Positions 23,208 to 34,238 of a stretch of 64,000 nucleotides of DNA are shown here, piece by piece (position 1 is the stretch's first letter; every line of letters begins with the position of its first letter). The DNA lies in NCBI GenBank assembly GCA_963833225.1, contig CAWHXD010000008.1:985947-1049946 (forward strand), given 5' to 3'. The position numbers and the translations under genes were made by a program. Below the pieces are notes generated by a model that was not told the origin of the DNA, did no database searches, and was given only the letters and a program-made list of their open reading frames with translations. Source of the DNA: an uncultured Chloroflexia bacterium (GTDB lineage: Bacteria > Chloroflexota > Limnocylindria > Limnocylindrales > CSP1-4).

Positions 23208-24065
23208 ATGAACGTCGCCATCCTGACCGACTCGACGGCGGACCTTTCGCCCGACCAGGCGGCCGGCGCCGGCATCACCGTCGTCCCGTTGTATGTCCGG
23301 TTCGGCGCGGACGAGTACCGCGCCGGCATCGATCTCACGACCGAGCGCTTCTGGGAGACGATGCTCGCCCCCGGGGCGGCGCACCCCACCACCGCGGCAC
23401 CCTCGCCGGGTGACTTCCGGGCCGCCTTCGAGGCCGCGTTCACGGCGGGGGCGGACGCGATCGTGTGCCCCACCATCGGCCACAAGCTCTCCGCGACCTA
23501 CCAGTCCGCAGCCCTCGCGGCCGAAGACCTGCCCGAGCGCGAGATCCACGTCATCGACACCGGGTCCACCTCGATGGCCACCGGGATCCCGGCGCTCCTG
23601 GCGGCCGACCTCGCCCGGACGGGCCTGCCGGCGGCCCAGATCGCCGAGGAGATTCGGCGCCGTTTGCCCGACGTGGACCTGCTCGTCGCGGTGGACACGC
23701 TCGACTATCTGCGCAAGGGCGGTCGGCTGTCCGCCGCCCAGGCCGTCGTGGGCTCGATGCTCTCGGTCAAGCCGATCATCACCGTGCGCGACGGGCTCGT
23801 CGTCAACCTCGACCGGCAGCGGAGCCGGGCGAAGGCCAGGGCCGCGGTCGTCGCCACCATCGCGTCGGGACCCGTGGAACGCCTCGCGGTGCTGCATACC
23901 CCCACCAGCTCGCCCGACGAGGTCGATGCCTTCCGGTCGACGCTCCTCGCGGCGATCCCCGGCGGGGTGGAGCCGGACCGGGTGACGACCGGGCTGATCG
24001 GCGCGTCGACCGGGCCGCACCTGGGGCCGGACCTGATGGGCGCCGCATACCTGCGCCGCGACTGA
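23208..24065 (+). CDS. DegV family fatty-acid-binding protein
   Basis: AILTDSTADL, PTTAAPSPG, KLSATYQSA, LDYLRKGGRLS, HLGP. Confidence 0.95.
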   Translation: MNVAILTDSTADLSPDQAAGAGITVVPLYVRFGADEYRAGIDLTTERFWETMLAPGAAHPTTAAPSPGDFRAAFEAAFTAGADAIVCPTIGHKLSATYQSAALAAEDLPEREIHVIDTGSTSMATGIPALLAADLARTGLPAAQIAEEIRRRLPDVDLLVAVDTLDYLRKGGRLSAAQAVVGSMLSVKPIITVRDGLVVNLDRQRSRAKARAAVVATIASGPVERLAVLHTPTSSPDEVDAFRSTLLAAIPGGVEPDRVTTGLIGASTGPHLGPDLMGAAYLRRD

Positions 24066-24109
24066 CACACGGCCCCTCGGATCGGGACCTCCGACCCGTC
24101 TCCACCGGT

Positions 24110-24131
24110 ATCAGAGTGATATCATTCTGAT
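24110..24131. promoter_or_regulatory. 22-bp near-perfect palindromic operator upstream of the SPFH-RHH operon
   Basis: ATCAGAGTGATATCATTCTGAT, AT-rich, one mismatched pair. Confidence 0.7.
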
Positions 24132-24172
24132 CGCGTCCACGGAATCGCCGGACGTGAAGGAGTACGAGGTCG

Positions 24173-25075
24173 ATGAACAAGGAACGTGTTGCGGGGACGA
24201 TCCCCGGGATCCCCATGCTGCTGGGCCTGCTGGCCGCGACGATCGCGATCGGGATCGGGCTCCTCGCCTACATCGGACTCGTGCTGGTCCCCGCCGGCGA
24301 CAATGCCGGCGCGCTCGAAGTGCTGGGCATGTTCGCGATCATCATCCTGCTGGCCGTCGTCCTCGCGGCCTTCAGCGGGCTGACGCCGGTGAACCCCAAC
24401 GAGTCGCGGGCGCTGGTGCTGTTCGGCCGCTACCGCGGCACGATCGTCGCGCAGGGTCTCCACTGGGTCAATCCGTTCATGCAGCGGCGCCGGATCTCCG
24501 TCCGCGTCCGGAACTTCGAGACCGGCAAGCTCAAGGTCAATGACCACGACGGCAATCCCATCGAGATCGCCGCGGTCGTGGTCTGGAAGGTCACCGACAG
24601 CGCGGAGGCGTTGTTCGAGGTCGACGACTTCGAGAACTTCGTCCATGTCCAGGCCGAGTCGGCCCTGCGAAACCTGGCCACATCTCACCCCTATGACACC
24701 CACCGCGACGACGAGATCGCACTGCGCGCCAACCAGGCCGAGATCGCCGATCAGCTCCGAGCCCACATCCAGGACCGCCTGGAGAAGGCCGGCGTCAACG
24801 TGATCGAAGCCCGGATCAGCCACCTCGCCTACGCGCCGGAGATCGCGAACGCGATGCTCCGCCGTCAGCAGGCGAAGGCCGTCATCGCGGCCCGCACCCT
24901 GATCGTCGAGGGGGCGGTGGGCATGGTCGAGATGGCCCTCGGCCAGCTGTCGGCCAAGAACGTCGTGGAGCTCGACGAGGAGCGCAAGGCGCAGATGGTG
25001 AGCAACCTGCTCGTCGTCCTGTGCTCGGAGAGCGAGGCGCAGCCGGTGGTCAACGCGGGGACCCTGTACGCGTAG
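24173..25075 (+). CDS. SPFH/band-7 domain membrane protein
   Basis: 2 TM; [20 protein letters not shown]; [20 protein letters not shown]; NLLVVLCSE. Confidence 0.95.
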   Translation: MNKERVAGTIPGIPMLLGLLAATIAIGIGLLAYIGLVLVPAGDNAGALEVLGMFAIIILLAVVLAAFSGLTPVNPNESRALVLFGRYRGTIVAQGLHWVNPFMQRRRISVRVRNFETGKLKVNDHDGNPIEIAAVVVWKVTDSAEALFEVDDFENFVHVQAESALRNLATSHPYDTHRDDEIALRANQAEIADQLRAHIQDRLEKAGVNVIEARISHLAYAPEIANAMLRRQQAKAVIAARTLIVEGAVGMVEMALGQLSAKNVVELDEERKAQMVSNLLVVLCSESEAQPVVNAGTLYA

Positions 25076-25121
25076 GGACGGAGCCACGAGGCTGGAGCAG
25101 GACGGCGGAGGGCGGCCCCCT

Positions 25122-25310
25122 ATGGCCCAGCGGAAGCCATTCCTGCTCCGCCTCGACCCGGACACGCACGCCGCCCTGCAGCGCTGGGCCGCGGATGACC
25201 TCCGCTCGCTGAACGCCCAGGTGGAGTTCCTGCTCCGGCGAGCCCTCGCCGACGCGGGGCGGCTGGGCGGCCCCAAGGGTGGCGGCCGGAACCCGCGGAA
25301 GCCGGGCTAG
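25122..25310 (+). CDS. Arc-like ribbon-helix-helix DNA-binding protein
   Basis: RKPFLLRLDP..LQRWAADDLRSLNAQVEFLL. Confidence 0.9.
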   Translation: MAQRKPFLLRLDPDTHAALQRWAADDLRSLNAQVEFLLRRALADAGRLGGPKGGGRNPRKPG

Positions 25311-25678
25311 CCGATCGCCGCGCGGAGCTTCACGAGGTCCTCGGAGCCGAGCACGACCCGGCCGTCGAGCGTGGTGTAGACGAGGTCGAGGTCCGCGCCG
25401 GCGTCCGTGACCCGTTGCAGCAGCTTCGCGGCCGCTCCCGGCGTGTTGTCGATCGGGAGGGCCAGGACCTGGCGCCGGGCGAGGATGTCGAAGCCGGCGT
25501 CGATCAGGGCGCGGCATGCCCGCTCGGCGTCCGCGACCAGGATGTGGAGCTGGGGCCGGTCGTCCAGGACGAAGCCGCTGGCGGCCTCGATGTTGATGCC
25601 CGCGGTGCCGAGCGCCTCGCACGCCTTCGCGAGCGTTCCGGGCCGGTTCGCCAGCCCGATCGTCAGGTCCGTGGTCAT
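25307..25678 (-). CDS. Tandem ACT domain protein
   Basis: LANRPGTLAKACEALGTAGINI; IDNTPGAAAKLL. Confidence 0.85.
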   Translation of the reverse strand: MTTDLTIGLANRPGTLAKACEALGTAGINIEAASGFVLDDRPQLHILVADAERACRALIDAGFDILARRQVLALPIDNTPGAAAKLLQRVTDAGADLDLVYTTLDGRVVLGSEDLVKLRAAIG

Positions 25679-25787
25679 TGGCGGCCTCCCCGCGGCTTCC
25701 CGGTCCCTGCCCGGGCTGCCGTCAGCATGAACCGATCCTGCCGCTCCGTACAGGGCCGCAGGATCCCAGGCCAGCCCCGCTGCGGCC

Positions 25788-26360
25788 TCAGGGCAGCGGC
25801 GTCGCGGGTCCCCAGAGGCCAAGCCCGGCGTCGCGCGCGACGCGCTCCGCCGCACGGAGATCCTCCTGGAGCCGGATGTCCGGCGGAAAGCTCACCGCGC
25901 TCGCGTAGCCCTGGCGAACCAGCTCCAGGTTGACCAGCAGCCAGCCCTCGCCTTCGCGCAGCCAGACGTATCGCAGCAGGCGGTCGAACCGGTCCCGGTC
26001 CGAGACATCTCGCTCCAGGACGACCTCGCGGCCCCCGACGAGGGCGTCGTTCGCGGCCGATGCCTCGTGCCCCATGAACGCGACGGGCGTGCCGGGCTTC
26101 ACGCTCTCAGGGGCGTCGATGCCCACGTACCGCAGCCGCTCGTCACCACGCCCGCGGTCCACGATGATCGTGTCGCCATCCACCACGCGGACCACGACCG
26201 CGATCTCGGTGGGGCCGATCGGGGCGAGCGCGGTGCTCGCGGTCGGCACGGGGCCTCGCGGGGACGCCGTGACCGGTGCCCTGCTGCCACTCGCCGTCCC
26301 GCAGCCCGCCAGCCACGCGGCCGCGGAGACCAGGAGCAGGAGCCGCGTCACCGTCCGCAT
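25788..26360 (-). CDS. Thermonuclease (SNase) family lipoprotein
   Basis: Lipobox LAGC; RVVDGDTI, LRYVGIDAPE, DRFDRLLRYV, GLGLW; own -10 (TACGGT) 6 nt before the ATG. Confidence 0.9.
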   Translation of the reverse strand: MRTVTRLLLLVSAAAWLAGCGTASGSRAPVTASPRGPVPTASTALAPIGPTEIAVVVRVVDGDTIIVDRGRGDERLRYVGIDAPESVKPGTPVAFMGHEASAANDALVGGREVVLERDVSDRDRFDRLLRYVWLREGEGWLLVNLELVRQGYASAVSFPPDIRLQEDLRAAERVARDAGLGLWGPATPLP

Positions 26361-26392
26361 CGGCCCACCGTACCGTGGCCGGCGGCCTCGCC

Positions 26393-27887
26393 CTAGTTGA
26401 CGACGATGTCCAGCGGCCTGCGGGAGCGCCGCGAAGACCTCGAACAGGCCGACGGCCGGCCTGCTGCCAAGGGCCGCGAAGGACCCGTCCACGTCGTCGA
26501 CGACGTCGATCACGAGCGCCCAGCGCCCGGGGGCGTCGGGAGCGGAGATGGTGGCATCCACGCGGGTGGTCTCGCCCGGCCCGAGCGGCACGCGGCGCAG
26601 CTTGACCGTGGTGGTGGCATGGAGGGCGCGTTCACCGACACCGGGCCTCTCGGGGGCGTCGGCCAGGACGGATGCCGAGTCTCCCAGCCGGATCCATGTC
26701 GCCACCAGGTGGGTCTGGCGGGCAACGAACATTCCCTCGACGTTGGCCCGCCTCGGATCCCGCCAGGTTGCCTCGCCGGTGTTGGTGACGATCACCGTGA
26801 ACGGGACGGTTGAGCCCGGTGCCGGAGCGCGGTCGTCGGCACGCAGATGGAGCGCTGCGCTTCGCGCGCCCGGCACGAACGCCGCCACTGGCCCGGAGGC
26901 GGCCACTCGCTTGCCGAACCGGCGATCCGCAAGGGTGAGCGTCACCATCCAGGCGCCGGGCGCGGTGGGCACCGCCGCCGACGCGGTGAGCGTTCCGGTC
27001 GCCACCCGGGCGACGGGTCGAGCCGGAGCGGGTTCGGATGTGACCTGGGTTCCGGAATCGACGGCAAGCGCGGCGGCGATCAGCGGATCGTCCGCACGAG
27101 TGGCGGTGGCGCGGACGTCGGCGCCACCGAACCGCCAGCCGCGTGGCGTGCGCAGGGGCCAGGCGACGGTGACGGCCAGGGCGGATGCGCCGAGGGTCGG
27201 GGTGCTGAGCACGACGCCCTTGAATGGCGCCGGCCTGGCGGTCGGGGTGGCAATCGCCTGGACCTTGCCCCCCCTGAACCAGGCGAAGCGGTACAGGCTC
27301 CCGATGCTGATCCACTCGCCGGCGTACGGGCCACGCCCGAGGGGATCCATGAGCCACACGCGGCCACGCTTCGCGTCGTACCGCTCCACGTACACGGCGT
27401 GGTCGTCGGTCTTCCCCTTGCCATTCCAGAAGCGGTGATCCCAGCGTCCGAACCAAGCCGGCAGCTTGCCGTAGTCGCCGAGCACCACGGCGCCGGCGCC
27501 GGCCTTGAGACGCGCGAGCAGCCCCGCCCAGGTCAACGTGCTGTCGCCGCCGGCACTGAGCGGGAAGTCGAAGCCGAGGCTCCGGAGCGCCACCTGCATG
27601 TCGGAGAACGACGAGCCGCCCGCCAGGTCTCCCGACAGGCGGCGAAGCCGTTCATGAGACACGCGGACATCGCCGTTGGTCCACTTGTCGAGGAGCATCG
27701 CGGCCGATGCCCAGAGGCAGTCACGCCACGGCCGCACATCGGTCTCGGTCACGAACGCCGCCCGATGCCCGGGCAGCGGTCGCGGCGGTTCCAGCGCGCT
27801 GGCCGGCGCAGGGGCGACGCTGAGCAGGGTGGCGGCGGCCAGGAAGGTGGCGGCGAAGAAGGTGGCGCGTGAGCTTCGGTTCGGCAT
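26393..27887 (-). CDS. Secreted C39/papain-like cysteine peptidase with Ig-like C-terminal domains (true stop probably TAG 26393-26395 after a frameshift)
   Basis: Signal peptide; DCLWASAAMLL (Cys), DHAVYV (His), WLMDPLG (Asp); VTNTGEATW..PGRWALVIDVV Ig-like domain. Confidence 0.75.
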
Positions 27888-28035
27888 TCCGGCGTGACTG
27901 CGGCGGTGGCAACGCCGGCGAAGCACCGGGGCGTGGATGACCGCGGGGGGATGCCCTCAGCGTGCCGGGGCCTGGGTCACGCGGCCATGGATCGGCAGTC
28001 CGGTGGACCGGTGGCCGATGGTCCCGACGCCGGGG

Positions 28036-28926
28036 TCAGGGCCAGGAGATCGTGGCGTCCAGCCCGGTGACCCCGAAGCCGTCGTTGATGTTCTGGAGCA
28101 GGAGCTTCCACGGGTTGCCGGGCGTGACCGGGATCGATGCCCGGGCCCCGATGGATGGCCCCTGGTCCGCCAGCACGATCGAGGTGTTGCTGCCACCCTG
28201 CTCCAGCAGGTCGATCTCGTAGCTGAACGGATGGCCGCCCCACGTCGCGTCGAGCGTGACCTCACCCGCCTCCCGGGGCGCGACGAACACCTGGAGGCCA
28301 TTGGTGTCCGGGAACTGCGTGCCGTCGAAGCGGGCGTTGGCGATCGTGAGGGAGGGGTTCCGGGCCGGGAAGGTGATCGTGACCTCCACGACCGGGGCGA
28401 AAATCCCGTCACCCCGGAGCGTCACCGTGAAGTCCGCGTTGCGAGTGGTGGTCGTCGCCGTGATCGTGCCGACCGCGGTCGTCTTGCACCCTACGCGCTT
28501 GCCGTCCTTCGACAGGCAGAGGACCGTGGTGCCCTGGGGTGAGATGTTGCGGATCGCGACGGTCACCGTGCCCGTTCCCTGGCTGCGGAAGCTCAGCTTG
28601 CGGTTGAGCCCATCGGGGTCGTCCTTGGCGTCGAGCTTGAGCGCGGTCAGGACCACGACCGTGTTCCGCCCCGGGGCGACGGTGGGCGACGGGGCGGGGG
28701 TCTCCGTCGGCGCGATCGTGGGCGACGGCAGGCTTGTGGCAGATGGCGCCTCGGACGGGGTCCCGGTCGGGCCGGGGGGCTCCGTGACGACCGCCGCCGG
28801 GCTCGGGCTGGGCGAGGCCCCAGTCCCGCCGCCGCTTCCGTCGAGCAGCACGAAGGCCAGCACCCCGCCTCCCACCACGGCGATCACGAACACCAGCGCG
28901 ACGACGAGACGCTGCGGAGTGGTCAT
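28036..28926 (-). CDS. Membrane-anchored hypothetical protein with Pro/Thr linker and beta-rich domain
   Basis: N-terminal TM, SPSPSP/TPAPSPT linker; leaderless TACCAT-N6-ATG. Confidence 0.75.
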   Translation of the reverse strand: MTTPQRLVVALVFVIAVVGGGVLAFVLLDGSGGGTGASPSPSPAAVVTEPPGPTGTPSEAPSATSLPSPTIAPTETPAPSPTVAPGRNTVVVLTALKLDAKDDPDGLNRKLSFRSQGTGTVTVAIRNISPQGTTVLCLSKDGKRVGCKTTAVGTITATTTTRNADFTVTLRGDGIFAPVVEVTITFPARNPSLTIANARFDGTQFPDTNGLQVFVAPREAGEVTLDATWGGHPFSYEIDLLEQGGSNTSIVLADQGPSIGARASIPVTPGNPWKLLLQNINDGFGVTGLDATISWP

Positions 28927-28944
28927 GGCCGCATGGTAGGCACG

Positions 28945-29454
28945 TCAGGCCTCGCGCGCGGCCGCGGGCTTCGCCAGCCCTTCGACCACCTCCACGTTGG
29001 GCAGCGCCAGCAGGATTGACGCCGGCGCGATGACCTTCCAGCTGCGTGACCCACCGCCGAGCACGATCCGCTCGCGGGTCATGACCGCCGCATCCACCCA
29101 GACAGGCAGCGTCGCGGGCAGCCCGAACACCGTCACGCCGCCGATCGCGTGACCCGTGATGGCCATCGTCTCCTCGAGCGAGGCGAACGACGACTTGCGT
29201 CCGAAGCGGGTCTTGATCGCCCAATTCACGTCCAGCCGATGGGTCGCCAGGACGACGCAGGCCGCGTAGACGGGCACGGCGCCCTTGCCGACGACGATGA
29301 TCGTGTTGGCGGAATCCTCCATCGCAAAGCCGTAGGCGGCACAGAACGCCGCCGTGTCGGCGAGCGCCGGGTCACAGGCGAACAGCTCATGCTCGCCGCG
29401 GCCGGCCAGGGCCGCCTCGAGGGCGGCGCGATCGGGATCCGTGTCGGCGGCCAT
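28945..29454 (-). CDS. YbaK/EbsC aminoacyl-tRNA deacylase family protein
   Basis: LADTAAFC..SANTIIV..TGHAIGGVTVFGLP..LGGGSRSWK. Confidence 0.9.
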   Translation of the reverse strand: MAADTDPDRAALEAALAGRGEHELFACDPALADTAAFCAAYGFAMEDSANTIIVVGKGAVPVYAACVVLATHRLDVNWAIKTRFGRKSSFASLEETMAITGHAIGGVTVFGLPATLPVWVDAAVMTRERIVLGGGSRSWKVIAPASILLALPNVEVVEGLAKPAAAREA

Positions 29455-29568
29455 GGCGCGCAACGGTAGCCAAGAACGGGGCTCGCTGTCCATGTCGCCG
29501 GCGCGCGGTCCGCCCGGGCAGAGGCGAATCTGGGCAACTCTCGGTAGACCCGATCGCTACAGTAGAGA

Positions 29569-29623
29569 GGTCTCAAAGAGACCCGGAGACGCCCGACCTT
29601 CCCCCCAGGTCGGGCGTCTCTCC
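29569..29623 (+). ncRNA. Candidate two-hairpin small RNA with a C-rich loop (6C-like), or a terminator
   Basis: -10 TACAGT (29558-29563); GGTCTC-AAA-GAGACC; 14-bp perfect stem with loop TCCCCCC. Confidence 0.45.
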
Positions 29624-29742
29624 GTCAGGGGCCGGGGGCCGGGGCCGGACCTGACGGTGCCCTCGACGGCGGCGTTCGCAGTCCCTGCCCTCGGCTGATC
29701 AGCGCGGCCCGGATGTCGGCCTCCGGGCGCCTGCGCCCCGCG

Positions 29743-30540
29743 TCACCCGCGAGCGGCGTCCTGCTCGGCAAGGACGCGCACCACCTCGCAGGCGAGGTCC
29801 GCCAGTCGCTCGATGTGGTCCACGCCGTGCTCGATCTGGCCGGCGGGGTCGAACTCGCCACCAGTCTGGGCGCTGACGTGGCGGACATGGTCGAGCATGA
29901 CGGCGATGCCGCCGGCGCGCAGGCCCCAGAGCCGGGCCAGGACGAAGATCAGGCTCGCTTCCATCTCGGCCGCAAGCACGTTCTGGCGGGCGAGATCGTC
30001 AAAGTGGTCCCGCCACCACGACTGCCAGTAGCCACCGAACGATGACCCGGGCGTGGCGTGACCCGCGTAGAACGTGTCCGCACTCCGGGTGAGGCCGACG
30101 TGGTACGGCATGCCCATCCCCTTGGCCGCAGCGATGGCCGCCGCCACGACCTCGTGGCTGGCGACCGCCGGGTACTCGATCGGGGCGTAGAGACGCGACG
30201 CCCCCTCGAGCCGGACGGCACCGTCCATGATGGCCATGTCCCCGATCTTGACGTGGTCGAGGAAGGTGCCGGCCGTGCCGACCCGGATGAACGTCGTGGC
30301 GCCGCAGCGGGCGAGCTCCTCCATGGCGATAGACGTCGAGGGGGCCCCGATCCCGGTGGACGTGCAGCTCACCGGCGCACCGCGGTAGACGCCCGTCCAG
30401 GTCACGTACTCGCGGTTGGTGGCGACGTGATGCGCCTCGTCCCAGCGGGACGCGATCACGGCCACGCGGCCCGGGTCCCCGGGCAGGAGCACGACCGGGG
30501 CGATGTCGCCGGGCTCGATGTCGAGGTGGTACTGGGGCAT
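29743..30540 (-). CDS. udp: Uridine/nucleoside phosphorylase
   Basis: VLLPGDPGRV, NREY, STGIGAPS, IRVGTAG, AAEMEAS. Confidence 0.9.
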   Translation of the reverse strand: MPQYHLDIEPGDIAPVVLLPGDPGRVAVIASRWDEAHHVATNREYVTWTGVYRGAPVSCTSTGIGAPSTSIAMEELARCGATTFIRVGTAGTFLDHVKIGDMAIMDGAVRLEGASRLYAPIEYPAVASHEVVAAAIAAAKGMGMPYHVGLTRSADTFYAGHATPGSSFGGYWQSWWRDHFDDLARQNVLAAEMEASLIFVLARLWGLRAGGIAVMLDHVRHVSAQTGGEFDPAGQIEHGVDHIERLADLACEVVRVLAEQDAARG

Positions 30541-30555
30541 GAGCCTGCCTCCGGA

Positions 30556-30825
30556 TCAGGCGCCGGCGAGGAGATCCACCACGCGCGGCTTGGCGGCTTC
30601 GAGGAGATGGTCGTCGAGCATGCGCGACGCGGCCTCCACGTGCGGACAGACCCCGTGCGCCTGGCTGAACTCGCAGTCACACGACCATCCAGCCTCACCG
30701 AGGCGGATCACGTGGCTCCCGCCTCCGGACTCGAACGTCCCCTCGATCGCGCGGATCTGGAGACGGTCGCGCTCCTGGGCGTAGCGGTGCGCCTTCTCGG
30801 CCTTGGTGACGATGGTGCTCTGCAT
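30556..30825 (-). CDS. Small SWIM zinc-finger protein
   Basis: MQSTIVTKAEKAHRYAQE..WSCDCEF..VCPHV (CxC..CxH). Confidence 0.8.
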   Translation of the reverse strand: MQSTIVTKAEKAHRYAQERDRLQIRAIEGTFESGGGSHVIRLGEAGWSCDCEFSQAHGVCPHVEAASRMLDDHLLEAAKPRVVDLLAGA

Positions 30826-31035
30826 GACGGGCTGGAACCTCTGCTCGATGGTGGGCGCGCGAGTGGCGATCGCGAGTGCTGGTCCGGGTCGGGTCCTCGT
30901 CATGAGATGGTCGAGCGGATGGAGCCAGCGGTCAAGGCCGCGTGGACTCGGCCTGACCCCTGCGGTCGCCGTCTTCGCAGCGGCGGAGGGCCGCCCGCGG
31001 CGACGGACCATCTGGCGGACCGGAATGGTCCGGTT

Positions 31036-31218
31036 GGCCCGTCACCGCGCGGGGCCATTCCCTCGATCCTCCGCGGTATCAGGTCGCCTCTCTCCCAGGC
31101 GGCCCGATGCGGAGGCTGGCCACGGGCAGGGTCACGCTTCCACAGCGACACCCGTGTCGCGCGAACGAGCTGTGATCCCCCGGGGGCTCTCCCCGAGCCG
31201 GGGGATCACAGTTCTTCT
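31036..31218 (+). ncRNA. Candidate multi-hairpin small RNA with UCCC-containing loops, ending in a terminator-like stem
   Basis: Hairpins 31068-31115 (loop CTCTCCC), 31145-31160 and 31170-31211 (loop TCCCC), followed by TTCTTCT. Confidence 0.4.
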
Positions 31219-31312
31219 CGTCTCCGGGACCCCACGGAGCGGCCAATCGGCCCTGTCCCGCGGGCGCGCCACTCCGTAGCCTGCCTCCACGACCCGAATG
31301 GAGGCATGTCGA

Positions 31313-31789
31313 ATGGTCACCGTGGCTGAGGCAGCAGCGGACTTCCTCGCCCAGAAGCGGATCGCGGTTGCCGGCGTGTCCCGCAACGCCGGGACACACA
31401 GCGGCAACGGGATCTACAAGCGGCTCCAGGAGCGCGGGTACGAGGTCTTCGCGGTCAATCCGAACGCCGACTCGATCGATGGCGAACCCTGCTTCCGAAG
31501 CCTCGATGCCATCCCGGGCGGCGTGGATGGCGTGATCATCGCCACCGCTCCCACGGCGGCGGCCAGCGTCATCGCGGACTGCGAGCGGCTGGGCATCCGC
31601 CGGGCATGGATGCATCGGTCATTCGGCGGCGGCAGCGTCGACCCCGAGGCGAGCCGGATGGGCCGTGCGGCCGGCGTCACGGTCATCGAAGGCGGTTGCC
31701 CGCTGATGTTCGATCCCGCCGCCGATGGCTTCCACAAGTTCATGAAGTTCTGCATCGGGTTCACGGGCGGGAGGCCGAACGCCGGCTGA
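31313..31789 (+). CDS. CoA-binding protein (YccU-like)
   Basis: RIAVAGVSR..GYEVFAVNP..GIRRAWMH..GGCPLMF. Confidence 0.9.
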   Translation: MVTVAEAAADFLAQKRIAVAGVSRNAGTHSGNGIYKRLQERGYEVFAVNPNADSIDGEPCFRSLDAIPGGVDGVIIATAPTAAASVIADCERLGIRRAWMHRSFGGGSVDPEASRMGRAAGVTVIEGGCPLMFDPAADGFHKFMKFCIGFTGGRPNAG

Positions 31790-31879
31790 CGAGCGCGGCC
31801 GAGCCGCTGGCGCCCGCGGTCGCCAACCGATTGTGACCGTGCCGTTGCAGATACTCCCCACCGGTATTGGTTTGGGGGG

Positions 31880-31908
31880 TTGTCAAGCGTGGTTCAATGG
31901 CCTAGACT
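31880..31908 (+). promoter_or_regulatory. Sigma70-type promoter of the sigma factor gene
   Basis: TTGTCA-N17-TAGACT. Confidence 0.65.
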
Positions 31909-32054
31909 TCTAATCCAATGGCGTGTCGCTTGACACGCCACTACGTGTGTCGGGAAGGCGTGGTCCTGGCATCGCTGTCCGGCCGCGGGCCGGGGTTGTG
32001 GTCAGATATCCCTTGGGTCGCACGGTCGGGTGCGACTCGCTCACCTGGAGCACC

Positions 32055-33629
<1,575 letters not shown>

Positions 33630-33771
33630 TCCTGGGTCCCCACTGCCGCCCGCGTCGCACGCCGACGCGGGCGGTTGCTCGTTGCCGGCCACCGGGCCTC
33701 ACCGCCGTGCGATGACGGCCGCCATGCCGCATCCGGCAAACGGACTTGCGCCGGGGCCGTACAGTCCGCGG

Positions 33772-34221
33772 ATGAGCAGTCCCACCTCCGTTGAGCCCCA
33801 GCCCCGGGTCGACACCCTCGCCACCGATGCCGTGACCGGCGCGGCCGTTCGCCGGACCGAGTACCGGGGAACGGCCTGGTATGGATCGCGACCGAACGTC
33901 GGGTCGGTGATGGTCGCCACGTCGATGGGGAGCGCACGCATCGAGACGCCGTTCTTCCTGCCGGACAGCCTTCCTTACCGGGCGGACGTGGCAGGCTCGG
34001 CCCTGATCGCGGTCTCGGTCGCCGTCCAGTCAGCCGCCGACGAGGCACACCAGCTGATCGACTATCGCGCGACGCTTGAGCCTGATCCCCGAAACCCGCA
34101 GGTTGCCTGGGTCCAGCTCCAGCTGCGGGCATTCACGCGGACGCCGACGGCGGTGAGCTACGAGGTGCACGTGCTGGTGCCCCCGCAGGACATCCTGACG
34201 AGCGACTCGCCGGCCGGGTAG
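33772..34221 (+). CDS. Hypothetical protein
   Basis: [10 protein letters not shown]..; leaderless TACAGT-N6-ATG; coding-like composition. Confidence 0.65.
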   Translation: MSSPTSVEPQPRVDTLATDAVTGAAVRRTEYRGTAWYGSRPNVGSVMVATSMGSARIETPFFLPDSLPYRADVAGSALIAVSVAVQSAADEAHQLIDYRATLEPDPRNPQVAWVQLQLRAFTRTPTAVSYEVHVLVPPQDILTSDSPAG

Positions 34222-34238
34222 GCGCGCCGCGCTGCCGG

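Noticed and set aside
25788-27926. 712-aa peptidase-thermonuclease fusion
   Set aside because: The nuclease has its own lipoprotein signal and leaderless -10; an off-frame TAG at 26393-26395 suggests the fusion is a frameshift artefact
31050-31150. TPP riboswitch on the minus strand (ACCTGAT)
   Set aside because: Lacks the CTGAGA and AATNCCAGCGNAGGGA elements
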